61,361 nucleotides of DNA. Origin: Acidimicrobiales bacterium. Its GTDB lineage: Bacteria; Actinomycetota; Acidimicrobiia; Acidimicrobiales; VFJN01. Below the pieces are notes generated by a model, which was given only the letters and a program-made list of their open reading frames with translations, was not told where the DNA came from and ran no database searches. Location of the stretch: contig DASUJB010000063.1 in assembly GCA_036279475.1 (NCBI GenBank), positions 1-61,361 on the forward strand, read 5' to 3'. Made by a program: the position numbers and the translations under genes. Positions 30,451-39,783 of this stretch are shown in pieces (the stretch's first letter is position 1; the number at the start of each line of letters is the position of its first letter).

Positions 30451-31812
30451 TCAGGATTCCCCCGCTGTCAAGGCACGCAGCCGGCCGACCGCCGACGCGA
30501 ACGCCGCGGCCCGCTCGCGGTAGTCCCGGAACCGGTCGAAGCTCGGGGCCGCCGGGGACAGCAGGACGACGCCGTCGGGCCGGGCCCAGTCCCGACCCAG
30601 CCAGGCGGCGGCGGCCAGGTCCGCCACCTCGACCACCTCCGGGCGGCCGGGCTCGGGGGAGAAGGCGGCGTGGGCGTCGAAGGCCGCCCGCATGCGAGGG
30701 CCGGCCTCGCTGTCGAGGATGGCCACCAACGTCGGGTCGGGCCGCGCCGCCAGGCCGGCCACCAGGGGTCCGTAGTCGATGCCCCGGTCCTGGCCTCCCA
30801 CCACCACCACGACCGCCCGACCGGGGAAGGCCTCGACGGCGGCCAGGGTGGCCAGCACGTTGGTCGAGAGGCTGTCGTCGACGAAGAGCACCCCGTCGAG
30901 GTCGGCCACCGGTTGGAGGCGACTGCCCAGGTGCTCGTAGCCCCGGGCCGCCCGGGCCAGCACGTCGTCGTCGTCGGCGCCCTCGACGCGCAACGCCCGC
31001 AGGCAGGCCCGGGCGATGAGGGCGTTGCGGTGGTTGTGGGACCCCAGCAGGCCCAGGGGGGCGGTCCAGTCGCCGGGGGTGGCCCCGGCCACCGACACCC
31101 ACTCCACCCGGGGCCCGAGGAGCGCCCGGCGCTGGTGGAGGAGCGGGCTGTCGCTGTTGGCCACCGTGAGGTCGGCACCGGGGCGCGTGCAGAGCGACAG
31201 CTTGTCGGCGTAGTAGGTCTCGACGTCGCCGTGCCAGGTGAGGTGGTCAGGGTGCAGGGAGGTGACAGCCACGACGGGGGGTGCCACGGTCACGTCGACC
31301 GCCTGGTAGCTCGACACCTCGATCACCCACCAGTCGACGTCCGTGGGAGCCGCAGGGTCGTACGGGGGGACCCCGATGTTGCCGCCCACCAGCACCGAGT
31401 GGCCGAGGCCCCGGAGGAGGTGCCCGAGCACCGAGGTGGTGGTGCTCTTCCCCTTGGTGCCGGTGACGCACACCACGCGTGAGCGGTCGGCGCCGGCCAG
31501 CCACAGCCCGAGGGCGCCGACGACCCGGGTGCCGCTCGCCTCGAGCAGGGTCACCTCCGGGCGGTACCGGCTGATGCCGGGCGTCTTGACCACCACGTCG
31601 CAGCGGGCCAGGGCGTCGAGCCCGCCGCCCCCCGTGGCCAGGACCGGCCGGCCGTCGAGGCCGCCCTCCGGAGGGCGGTCGTCGACCAGCACGGCAGGGA
31701 TCCCGAGGGCGTCGAGCCGGCGCACCGTGGCCCGGCCCTCGACCCCGAGGCCCCAGGCGCCGACCCGCAGGCCCGCCAGGTCAGACCAGGAGGTCGTCGG
31801 TGGCGTAGGCAT
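30451..31812 (-). CDS. murD2: Mur ligase, MurD-like; candidate UDP-MurNAc-L-Ala--L-Glu ligase (MurD2)
   Basis: 453 aa. Rossmann-like N-terminus, P-loop VTGTKGKSTTTS, full Mur ligase architecture. It is outside any dcw context and overlaps the upstream MurL-like gene by 32 nt. Confidence 0.6.
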   Translation of the reverse strand: MPTPPTTSWSDLAGLRVGAWGLGVEGRATVRRLDALGIPAVLVDDRPPEGGLDGRPVLATGGGGLDALARCDVVVKTPGISRYRPEVTLLEASGTRVVGALGLWLAGADRSRVVCVTGTKGKSTTTSVLGHLLRGLGHSVLVGGNIGVPPYDPAAPTDVDWWVIEVSSYQAVDVTVAPPVVAVTSLHPDHLTWHGDVETYYADKLSLCTRPGADLTVANSDSPLLHQRRALLGPRVEWVSVAGATPGDWTAPLGLLGSHNHRNALIARACLRALRVEGADDDDVLARAARGYEHLGSRLQPVADLDGVLFVDDSLSTNVLATLAAVEAFPGRAVVVVVGGQDRGIDYGPLVAGLAARPDPTLVAILDSEAGPRMRAAFDAHAAFSPEPGRPEVVEVADLAAAAWLGRDWARPDGVVLLSPAAPSFDRFRDYRERAAAFASAVGRLRALTAGES

Positions 31813-33169
31813 CCGGGATGTGGTGGCGGCCGCGAGGGTGACGGAGCGCCTCGATGGCGTCGGGGGCGGGGAGCCGGTCGCCCAGGCGGTCGACCAGCGT
31901 CCCCAGGACGGGCGATCCCGCCCGGTCGGGCCGGGCCGCGGCCAGGGCGACGGCGGCCCGGCACTCCTCGACCTCGCCCACGCACTCCCACGGCTTGCGG
32001 GCCCCGGACGTGTCGACGAGGGCCTCGAGCCGGGGTAGCGACGACGGATCGTCGAGCGGCTCGGCTCCCCCGAACACGTGCCGGAGCCGGTCGGCGGCCA
32101 TGAACGGGGCCAGGATCAGGTCGGTGAACGCGCACTTGTCGCACCGGCCGCACCAGTGGTCGAGGCGGCGGGCCGGATCGAGGTGGAAGCCGCGGTTGCA
32201 GCTCTGGAAGGCGCGGTGGTAGTCGCCGAGGGCGGCGAAGCGCTCGGCGATGGACAGCTCGGAGTAGGGGCGCAGCCGGGAGAAGTAGTCGACCGTGGTC
32301 CCCAGCGTCAGGCCGAGCACCTCCCGGAAGCCGGTCTCGAAGGCCAGGCTCTTCGACCACTGGTGGTTGACGGTGCGGCCGTCGACCTCGACGTTGCCCA
32401 CCGAGGACGACCACTCGTTCGACATGACGAGCGCCCCACGGCCGTCGAGCACGGCGGCCAGCACCCCGATGGCCGAGATGATGCCGGTGACGGGGACGTG
32501 GCCGTTGAGGAAACCGAGCTGGGCCGAGCGCAGCACCTGGTCGTCCACGGCCCGCTCCGCCCGCACGACCGGCAGACCGGTGACCGCGGCCGGTCGCTCG
32601 ACGGCCGGGAACCGGCGACCGGCCCGGGACACGACGAACAGGGCGGGCTCGGCCCGGGGCCGGACCAGCTCGACGGTCACGACGGAGTCGATCCCACCGC
32701 CGAAGGGGACGAGGGGCCGGCGTCCGGCATCCGTCGGCCCCCCCGGCGGCGGAGCCGCCCCGGGTGCCAGCTCCGGCGCCTCGAGGCGCAGACCCGTCAG
32801 GTCGAGGCCGTTGCGGTAGGCGAACTCGCCGAGGCCGTCGACGTACACGTCCCGCAGGAAGTCGCGCTCGGCGGCCCGCAGGGGCGTGGCGGGCAGCTCG
32901 ACCACGGGGGGAGCGGCCGTCTTGTAGTACGAGACGCCGGCCAGGAGGAACACCCAGCGGGCGGCGGCGTCGACGGCAGCCCCGTGCCAGCGCTCCTCCC
33001 GGCCGTCGCCGTCGCCCGCCGCCAGCCCGGGGAAGGTCACCACCTCGGCGAACCGGCGCCCGTCCAGGGAGTAGCGGCAGGTCAGCCGGCCGGCGGCCGG
33101 GTCGAGGTCGTAGCCCTCGTAGCGGAAGCACGCGCCGCGGGGGGGAGCGGCGGTGGTGGTCGACGTCAT
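31781..33169 (-). CDS. murL: Candidate UDP-MurNAc-L-Ala-L-Glu epimerase (MurL-like), PP-loop-like fold
   Basis: 462 aa from ATG 33169 within ORF 31781..33541. FGGGIDS (PP-loop-like), CGRCDKCAFT, and direct pairing with the MurD-like ligase. Assigned from memory of MurL size and context, not from a search. Confidence 0.5.
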   Translation of the reverse strand: MTSTTTAAPPRGACFRYEGYDLDPAAGRLTCRYSLDGRRFAEVVTFPGLAAGDGDGREERWHGAAVDAAARWVFLLAGVSYYKTAAPPVVELPATPLRAAERDFLRDVYVDGLGEFAYRNGLDLTGLRLEAPELAPGAAPPPGGPTDAGRRPLVPFGGGIDSVVTVELVRPRAEPALFVVSRAGRRFPAVERPAAVTGLPVVRAERAVDDQVLRSAQLGFLNGHVPVTGIISAIGVLAAVLDGRGALVMSNEWSSSVGNVEVDGRTVNHQWSKSLAFETGFREVLGLTLGTTVDYFSRLRPYSELSIAERFAALGDYHRAFQSCNRGFHLDPARRLDHWCGRCDKCAFTDLILAPFMAADRLRHVFGGAEPLDDPSSLPRLEALVDTSGARKPWECVGEVEECRAAVALAAARPDRAGSPVLGTLVDRLGDRLPAPDAIEALRHPRGRHHIPDAYATDDLLV

Positions 33170-33230
33170 GCGACCGGTGAGGCTACCGGCAGGCGGCGCT
33201 CCCTCCCGACGGCGTCGCCGTCCCGCCGGC

Positions 33231-34064
33231 TCACCGCCGGGGGTGCAGCCGGGCCAGGGCGCCGAAGCGCCCGCAGGGGCGGGTGGCGCGGTCGCTGAAG
33301 AACGCCGTCCCCGGCCCGGTGCCGACGGGGCTGGCCTCGATGTTGGCCGGCGCCACACCGGCCTCGACCAGCAGCCGGCGGTTGGCGGCGGTGAGGTCGA
33401 AGGTCCACCGGCCGGTGCCGTCCGGCCGGACGACGTCCCCCGGGCGGCCGTCGAAGCAGGCGGCCGCGGCGTCCACCACCTCGCCACCGACCTGGTAGCG
33501 GTGGGCGGCGACGGCGGGACCGAGGCCGGCCACGACGTCACCCGGGCGCGATCCCAGGCCTGCCATGGCGTCCACGGTGGCCTCGGCCACCCGTGCCACC
33601 GTCCCCCGCCAGCCGGCGTGGACCACGGCCACGACGTGGGCCACCGGGTCGTAGAGCACGAGGGGGAGGCAGTCGGCGACCACTACGGCCAACCCCACGT
33701 CGGGCACGGCCGTGACCAGGGCGTCGGCCGACGGCGCGCCGTGGAGGGCCTGGGCGCCTCGGCCCCGGTCGGCGCCGGTGACCACGGCCACCGTCGCCCC
33801 GTGGACCTGGTGGGCGAAGACCATCTCGTCGAGGCGGCACCCGACGGCCGCGGCCGCCCGACGACGGTTCTCCGCCACCAGCGCCGGGTCGTCGCCCACG
33901 GTGAGGCCGAGGTTGAGGGAGGCGTAGGCACCCGACGACACGCCGCCGCCGCGCCCGGTCACGGCGTGGTCCAGGGGCATCCCGTCGAGGACGCCGAAGC
34001 GAAGGGCGACGGCGTGGCCGGCCGGGGGCCCCTCGTCGCTCACGGCGGGCTCGTCGGCGGCCAC
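33231..34064 (-). CDS. pgeF: Peptidoglycan editing factor PgeF / YfiH (DUF152, laccase-domain) family
   Basis: 277 aa. TGRGGGVS, QVHG, ADCLPL, HAGWRG motifs. Confidence 0.8.
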   Translation of the reverse strand: MAADEPAVSDEGPPAGHAVALRFGVLDGMPLDHAVTGRGGGVSSGAYASLNLGLTVGDDPALVAENRRRAAAAVGCRLDEMVFAHQVHGATVAVVTGADRGRGAQALHGAPSADALVTAVPDVGLAVVVADCLPLVLYDPVAHVVAVVHAGWRGTVARVAEATVDAMAGLGSRPGDVVAGLGPAVAAHRYQVGGEVVDAAAACFDGRPGDVVRPDGTGRWTFDLTAANRRLLVEAGVAPANIEASPVGTGPGTAFFSDRATRPCGRFGALARLHPRR

Positions 34065-34133
34065 ACCGGTCCGACGGTAGCCGCGCCCCCCCGAGCGCCG
34101 AGCGGGGCGCCGGGGCCGGTAGCCTCACCGCGA

Positions 34134-35576
34134 GTGCCGGGGAGCCGAGGCGGCGACCGCACGGGGCGACAGCGTCGCACCTGGGGGCAGCGGCTGGCGA
34201 TCGCGGCCGGCTGCGGCTCGACCGTGGCCCTGGTGGCCAGCGCCGTCGGCCTCGGCTACGTCCTCGGGAAGTACGAGCGACTGCCCCGCGTCGAGCTGAG
34301 CAGCGTGCTGGACGAGCCCGAGGGCCCGGGCCGGGCCGAGAACTACCTCATCGTCGGCATCGACAACGCCTCCGAGCTCGCTCCCGGCGACTCGGTGCGG
34401 ATCGGTCGCGACCCCACCGACCTGCGGTCGGACACGATCATGATCGTGCGCACCGACCCGACGACCCGCCAGGCGGCGCTGCTGTCCCTGCCCCGGGACC
34501 TCTACGTCACCCTCGCCGACGGCATGGGCTCGGGCCGCATCAACGTGGCGTTCCAGCGTGGCGGGCCCCGGCTCCTGATCCGCACCATCGCCCAGGACTT
34601 CGGCATCGAGGTCAACCACTACCTGCAGGTCGACTTCGCCTCGTTCCGCCAGCTCGTCGACGCCATCGGGGGCGTGCCCGTGCCCATCCCCCGCCCCGCC
34701 CGCGACCGGGAGACCGGGCTCGACATCCACCGGGCCGGGTGCCACACCCTCGACCCGGTCGAGGCGCTCGCCTACGTGCGCTCGCGCCACTACGAGGAGC
34801 TGGTGGGCGGGCGGTGGGTGGAAGACGTCCGCTCCGACATCGGGCGCATCGCCCGCCAGCAGGACTTCGTCCGCCGGGCCCTGTCCAGGGCGATCGACCG
34901 AGGTGCCCGCAACCCCGGCACGCTCGACCAGCTCATCGACGTGGCGCTGGCCGGGATCACGGTGGACGACCAGCTCACTGCCGACGACATCTTCGACCTG
35001 GGCACGAGGTTCCGCAGCTTCGACCCCGGCAGCCTCGTCACCTACGCCATCGAGGGGACCCCGGCCACGGTGGGCGAGGCACAGGTCCTCCGCATGGTGG
35101 AGGGACCGCGCAACCAGGCCACCCTGGCGCTGTTCCGGGGACGCCCCGGCGAGCTGGTCCCGGCGTCGGTGCAGGTGACCGTGCGCAACGGCACCGACGC
35201 GCCTCGCCAGGGCGCCGAGGCCGCCATGGCCCTGGGGCGGGTGGGGTTCGCGGCCCGGCTGGCCGGTGACGAGCCGGGCGGCGGCGGCGCCGGCACGGTG
35301 GTGCGCCATCCCCCCGGTCAGGAGGCCGCCGCCGACCTGGTGCGCCGGTGGCTCGTCGGTGGGGCGCGGCTGCAGGTGGCGCCGGGCACGACCGGCATCG
35401 AGGTGGTCACCGGCACCGACTGGCGGGGCGTCCGGGACGAGGCCGCCGCGCCGACGACCAGCACGACGGCCACCACCCTCCCTCCGCCCACCGGCGCCCC
35501 CTCGCCCCCGACGACGGGCGCGCCACCCCCTGCCCGGACCCCCACGACCCCCGACCTCGCCACCTTCCGCTGCTGA
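34134..35576 (+). CDS. LCP (LytR-CpsA-Psr) family protein with C-terminal LytR_C domain
   Basis: Within ORF 33153..35576, with a tentative GTG 34134 start. TM helix, NYLIVGID...RSDTIMIV...LSLPRDLYV LCP core, then VQVTVRNGTD (LytR_C) and a Pro/Thr tail. Confidence 0.75.
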   Translation: MPGSRGGDRTGRQRRTWGQRLAIAAGCGSTVALVASAVGLGYVLGKYERLPRVELSSVLDEPEGPGRAENYLIVGIDNASELAPGDSVRIGRDPTDLRSDTIMIVRTDPTTRQAALLSLPRDLYVTLADGMGSGRINVAFQRGGPRLLIRTIAQDFGIEVNHYLQVDFASFRQLVDAIGGVPVPIPRPARDRETGLDIHRAGCHTLDPVEALAYVRSRHYEELVGGRWVEDVRSDIGRIARQQDFVRRALSRAIDRGARNPGTLDQLIDVALAGITVDDQLTADDIFDLGTRFRSFDPGSLVTYAIEGTPATVGEAQVLRMVEGPRNQATLALFRGRPGELVPASVQVTVRNGTDAPRQGAEAAMALGRVGFAARLAGDEPGGGGAGTVVRHPPGQEAAADLVRRWLVGGARLQVAPGTTGIEVVTGTDWRGVRDEAAAPTTSTTATTLPPPTGAPSPPTTGAPPPARTPTTPDLATFRC

Positions 35577-35577
35577 C

Positions 35578-37500
35578 ATGACCTCCACCGTCGAGCCCGT
35601 GGCACCCGGCGCCTCCGCTCCCACCCGGGGGCCCGCCGCCGGCCGCCCGGTCCGACCACCCCGCCCGATCGGCTACGTCGCCCCCGTGGACGGGTTGCGA
35701 GCCGTGGCCGTGGCGCTCGTCATCGCCTACCACCTCGGGTACTCGGGGGTGGCCGGTGGCTACATCGGGGTCGAGGTCTTCTTCCTCATCTCGGGTTGGC
35801 TGGTGTGCGCCCTGCTCATGAACGAGCACCAGCGGACCGGGGGCATCGCCCTAGGGGCCTTCTGGGTGCGGCGCATCCGTCGCCTGCTACCCGCCATGGC
35901 GGCGGTGGTGGTCGCCACCCTCGCCGTGGCCAGCGCCGTCCAGCCGGAGCGGCTGGCCATGTTGCGCACCCAGGCCGTCGCCGCCCTCGGCTACCACCTG
36001 AACTGGCGCCTCGTGCTCGACGAGCAGTCCTACTTCGAGGCCGCCGGAGGACCCTCGGCGTTGGAGCACCTGTGGTCCCTCTCGATCGAGGAGCAGTTCT
36101 ACCTGCTCTTCCCGCTCCTCGCCGTCGCCGTGCTGGCCCGCTGCAGCCGGGCGCGGGCCGTGCGGCTGGTGACGGTCCTCGCCCTGGCGTCGACGCTGCT
36201 GCGGCTGGTGCTCCAGGAGCCGGGCGCCGATCCGTCGCGCCTCTACTTCGGCACGGACACCCGGCTGTCGGGCCTGCTCCTCGGCGTGGCGCTGGGGCTG
36301 TTCTGGACCCCCAACCGGCTGCGCCCCCACGCCGACCGCCGGTTCACGACGGCGCTGGACGTGGTGGCCGCCGTGGGCGGTGCCGTGCTGGCGTGGTACG
36401 TGCTGGCCCTCGACGAGGGCCGGCCGGCAGCCTTCGGGGCCGGGTTCACCGCCGTGCAGCTGGCCACCCTGGCGGTCCTGGCCGTGGCCGTGTACCCCGC
36501 CCCCACCGCGACGGCCCGGCTGCTGTCGGCAGCGCCGCTGCGGTGGGTGGGGAAGCGGTCCTACGGCATCTACCTGGTCCACTGGCCGGTCATCGTGTTC
36601 CTGTCCGACGCCCCGGGCGAGCAGCCGGACCCGGTGCCGCGGGTAGCGGTCCAGGTGGCGCTCGTGCTGGGCCTGGCCGCCCTCTCGTACCGCTACCTCG
36701 AGCAACCGATCCGGCGCCGGGGGCTGCGGGGCAGCGCCGTCTGGGCCCGGGGGCTCGTCGCCGACCTGGCCCACGGCCGCCCGGCGGCCGCCGTGGCGCT
36801 CTTCCTCGTGGGGGTGCTGACGGTGACCGCCGTCGGATCGGTGGCCTGGTCGGTGGCCGATGCCGAGGCGCCCAGGGAGACCCACCCGGCGTCCGTGGTC
36901 ATCGGGCGAGGGGGGCCGACGTCGACGGCGGCGCCCTCGCCCCCGGCCGTCCCCCGGCCCACGGCGCCGGTGCCGACGCCCCCGCCCACCGCCGCGCCCC
37001 CGGCCCCCTCGCCCCCGACCTCGCCGGCCCACGTCCCCACCACGGCGATCGGTGACTCGGTCCTGGTAGGTGCGGCGCAGGCGCTGGCGCACCGCCTGGG
37101 ACCGTCGCTGACCGTCGATGCCGCCGTGGGCCGCCAGCTGACCGACGCCACCGACCTGGTGGCCGCGGGCCGCGCCGGGGGCACCCTCGGGCGGGCCGTC
37201 GTGCTGCACCTGGGGACGAACGGGCCGTTCACCGCCGAGGAGGTGGACGCGCTGGTGGCGGCGGCCGGGCCCGACCGGCTGGTGGTGCTGGTCAACGTGC
37301 TGGTCCCCCGGCGGTGGGAGGGCGAGGTGAACCGGGAGATCCAGGCTGCCGCCGACCGCCATCCCAACGTCCGGCTGGCCGACTGGCACGCGGTGGCGTC
37401 GAGCGAGCCGGGGCTCCTCCGGGAGGACGGGTTCCACGTGACGCCGGCGGGTGCCGAGCGCTTCGCCGACCTCGTCGCCGGTCTCGTGCCGTCGTCCTAG
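35578..37500 (+). CDS. Acyltransferase-3 membrane domain fused to SGNH hydrolase-like domain (OatA-type O-acyltransferase architecture)
   Basis: 640 aa; the ATG lies 2 nt after the LCP stop. VDGLRAVAVALVIAYHL and multiple TM helices, a Pro-rich linker, then a C-terminal AIGDSV...HLGTNG domain. Confidence 0.8.
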   Translation: MTSTVEPVAPGASAPTRGPAAGRPVRPPRPIGYVAPVDGLRAVAVALVIAYHLGYSGVAGGYIGVEVFFLISGWLVCALLMNEHQRTGGIALGAFWVRRIRRLLPAMAAVVVATLAVASAVQPERLAMLRTQAVAALGYHLNWRLVLDEQSYFEAAGGPSALEHLWSLSIEEQFYLLFPLLAVAVLARCSRARAVRLVTVLALASTLLRLVLQEPGADPSRLYFGTDTRLSGLLLGVALGLFWTPNRLRPHADRRFTTALDVVAAVGGAVLAWYVLALDEGRPAAFGAGFTAVQLATLAVLAVAVYPAPTATARLLSAAPLRWVGKRSYGIYLVHWPVIVFLSDAPGEQPDPVPRVAVQVALVLGLAALSYRYLEQPIRRRGLRGSAVWARGLVADLAHGRPAAAVALFLVGVLTVTAVGSVAWSVADAEAPRETHPASVVIGRGGPTSTAAPSPPAVPRPTAPVPTPPPTAAPPAPSPPTSPAHVPTTAIGDSVLVGAAQALAHRLGPSLTVDAAVGRQLTDATDLVAAGRAGGTLGRAVVLHLGTNGPFTAEEVDALVAAAGPDRLVVLVNVLVPRRWEGEVNREIQAAADRHPNVRLADWHAVASSEPGLLREDGFHVTPAGAERFADLVAGLVPSS

Positions 37501-37609
37501 GCCGCGGGCCCGCCCCTGGCTCGAACCTACGATCGGCGGGGTACACCCCCGGGGCGCCGTCCGGCGCCGCCACGACCATCCGCCCGATCGGGCGCAGCGA
37601 AGGGGGACC

Positions 37610-38764
37610 GTGCCCCAGAACCGACCGACCTCGTCCGCGGGGGGCGATCCCCTCGTCCGCCCCGCGGTCGCCCGTGCGGGCACCTACGCGTGGAAGCTCA
37701 TCGGCATCGGCATCGTCGGCTGGGCGGCGCTCCAGCTCGTCACCGCGCTGTGGGTCCTGCTGCTGGCGGCGGCGGTGGCCATGCTGCTCGGGCGGGCCCT
37801 CGACCCGGTGGCCAGCCGGCTGCGGCGGCGGGGCGTGCCCCGGGCCCTCGTCGCCGCCGTGACGCTGTTCGGCTTCCTCGCCCTCCTGGCCGGCATCCTG
37901 GCGCTGCTGGCCCCGCCCATCGTCGACGAGTTCGGCGACCTGGGCCCCACGCTCGAGGACGCCGTCGACGACGTGGAGGACTGGCTGGTCGAGGACAGCC
38001 CGTTCGACGTCTCGCGCCGGGACGTGGACGACTTCCGGGACGAGTTCGGCAACCGCGCCACCGACCTCCTCGAGTCCGAGAGCGGCACCGTCGTCAGCGG
38101 CACGGTGGTGGCGTTCGAGGTGATCACCGGCCTGGTCCTGGCCCTCGTCACCACGTTCTTCGTGCTCAAGGACGGCGACCGGTTCGGCGAGTGGGTGCTG
38201 GGCTTCCTGCCCGACGACAGGCAGCCGCTGGCCCGCCGCATGGCCGCCCGGGCGTGGCGCACGCTGGGCGGCTACCTGCGAGGCTCGGCGTCCCTCGGCA
38301 CGATCGAGGGCATCATCATCGGGATGACGGTGTGGCTGGTGGGGGCCCCGCTGGCCGTCCCGGTGGGCATCATCACCTTCTTCGCCGCCTTCCTGCCCTT
38401 CGCCGGTGCCATCATCGCCGGGGCCGTCGCCGTCCTCGTCACGCTGGTCGCCGCGGGGTTCGCGTCGGCGGTCGTCGTGCTGGTGGTGGCCGTGGTGGTG
38501 CAGCAGTTCGACAACGACCTGCTGGCGCCCCTCGTCTTCGGCCGCAGCCTCGAGCTGCACCCCCTGGTGGTGCTGGCCGCCATCGTCGCCGGCAGCACCC
38601 TCTTCGGGGCGTTCGGTGCCGTCCTGGCCGTCCCGGTGAGCGCCATGGCCATCAACGTCCTCGCCGAGTGGCGGACCGGTGCCGCCGGCGGTGGCGACGA
38701 GGCGGTCGGCGCCGGCTCGCCCGATGCCGGGGGGCTGAGCGTGCCCGGACCCACGGAGGGCTGA
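37610..38764 (+). CDS. AI-2E family transporter (PerM-like)
   Basis: 384 aa from GTG 37610 (SD gaaggggg). Multi-TM with the typical IPFAGAII-like segment (FLPFAGAIIAGAVAVLV). Confidence 0.75.
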   Translation: MPQNRPTSSAGGDPLVRPAVARAGTYAWKLIGIGIVGWAALQLVTALWVLLLAAAVAMLLGRALDPVASRLRRRGVPRALVAAVTLFGFLALLAGILALLAPPIVDEFGDLGPTLEDAVDDVEDWLVEDSPFDVSRRDVDDFRDEFGNRATDLLESESGTVVSGTVVAFEVITGLVLALVTTFFVLKDGDRFGEWVLGFLPDDRQPLARRMAARAWRTLGGYLRGSASLGTIEGIIIGMTVWLVGAPLAVPVGIITFFAAFLPFAGAIIAGAVAVLVTLVAAGFASAVVVLVVAVVVQQFDNDLLAPLVFGRSLELHPLVVLAAIVAGSTLFGAFGAVLAVPVSAMAINVLAEWRTGAAGGGDEAVGAGSPDAGGLSVPGPTEG

Positions 38765-38774
38765 CCAGGCGGCA

Positions 38775-38808
38775 CCCGACCCGGCCGGGTCCCGCCGGCC
38801 GGTCGGGG
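38775..38808. terminator. Hairpin between convergent AI-2E transporter and PAC2 genes
   Basis: cccgacccggccgg-gtcccg-ccggccggtcgggg forms a 13-bp stem with one bulge. Confidence 0.45.
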
Positions 38809-38813
38809 CCGGG

Positions 38814-39674
38814 TCACGAGGGCCGGTCGCGGAGGAAGCGCTCGACCTCCTCCACCAGGGAGCGGGCCGCGAGGGGGTCGTCGGGATCCTGGGAGTCGTG
38901 GCGCTGCTCGAGCTGGGTCACGTAGTCCGAGGTCTCGTCGTCCTCCTCGACCAGCTCGCTGACCTGCCGCTCGTAGGCGGCGGAGGCGATCTCCAGGTCG
39001 GTCGACGGCAGCGACGCGCCCAGCATCTCGGCGGTGTGCTCCAAGAGCGCCAGCACCGCCTTGGGGGAGGGTGCCGAGGGGACGTAGGTGGGGACGGCCG
39101 CCCACAGCGAGGCCGAGGGCAGCCCGGCCTCGTCGCAGGCGGCGGAGAGCACGCCCACCACCCCGGTCGGCCCCTCGTAGGTGGACGGTTGGAGGCCGAG
39201 GCGCTCCTGCAGCGCCGGATCGGTGACCGACCCCACGACGGGGACGGGCCGGCTGTGGGGCACCTCGGCGACGAGGGCCCCGAGGATGACGACGAGCCGG
39301 CAACCGAGCTGCCGGGCGATGCCGGTGACCTGGGCGCAGAACGTGCGCCAGCGGAGCTGGGGCTCGCTGCCGACCAGCAGCACCAGGTCGCCGGCGTCCG
39401 CCGGCAGCCTCGCCGTGTACACCTCGGTGCTGGGCCAGACGATGCGGCGAGTGCCGCCCTCGTCCAGCTCGACCTGGGGGCGAGCGGAGGTGAAGTCGAA
39501 GAACTCCTCGGCGTCGACCTCGGCCACGAGGTGGGCGTCGCAGCGGTCGATCAGGTAGCGGACGACCCCGCTGGCGGCGTCGCCGGCGTCGTTCCAGCCC
39601 TCGAAGGCGGCGACGAGGACCGGCCGGTCGAGGCTCGGACGGCTGTGCCAGCGCACGTGCTCCACCGCCCCCAT
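38814..39674 (-). CDS. PAC2 (proteasome assembly chaperone 2-like) family protein
   Basis: 286 aa from ATG 39674. LVAAFEGWNDAGDAAS and acidic C-terminal tail typical of actinobacterial PAC2 proteins. Confidence 0.75.
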   Translation of the reverse strand: MGAVEHVRWHSRPSLDRPVLVAAFEGWNDAGDAASGVVRYLIDRCDAHLVAEVDAEEFFDFTSARPQVELDEGGTRRIVWPSTEVYTARLPADAGDLVLLVGSEPQLRWRTFCAQVTGIARQLGCRLVVILGALVAEVPHSRPVPVVGSVTDPALQERLGLQPSTYEGPTGVVGVLSAACDEAGLPSASLWAAVPTYVPSAPSPKAVLALLEHTAEMLGASLPSTDLEIASAAYERQVSELVEEDDETSDYVTQLEQRHDSQDPDDPLAARSLVEEVERFLRDRPS

Positions 39675-39783
39675 CGTACGGGCACGACCGCCGACGCACG
39701 CCGACCGGCCGGCGGCGCTCCCCCCTCCCGCGGCCACCGCCGTCCTGCGCCGCCGCGTCCCGGGTGACCTCTACGCTGGCGCC

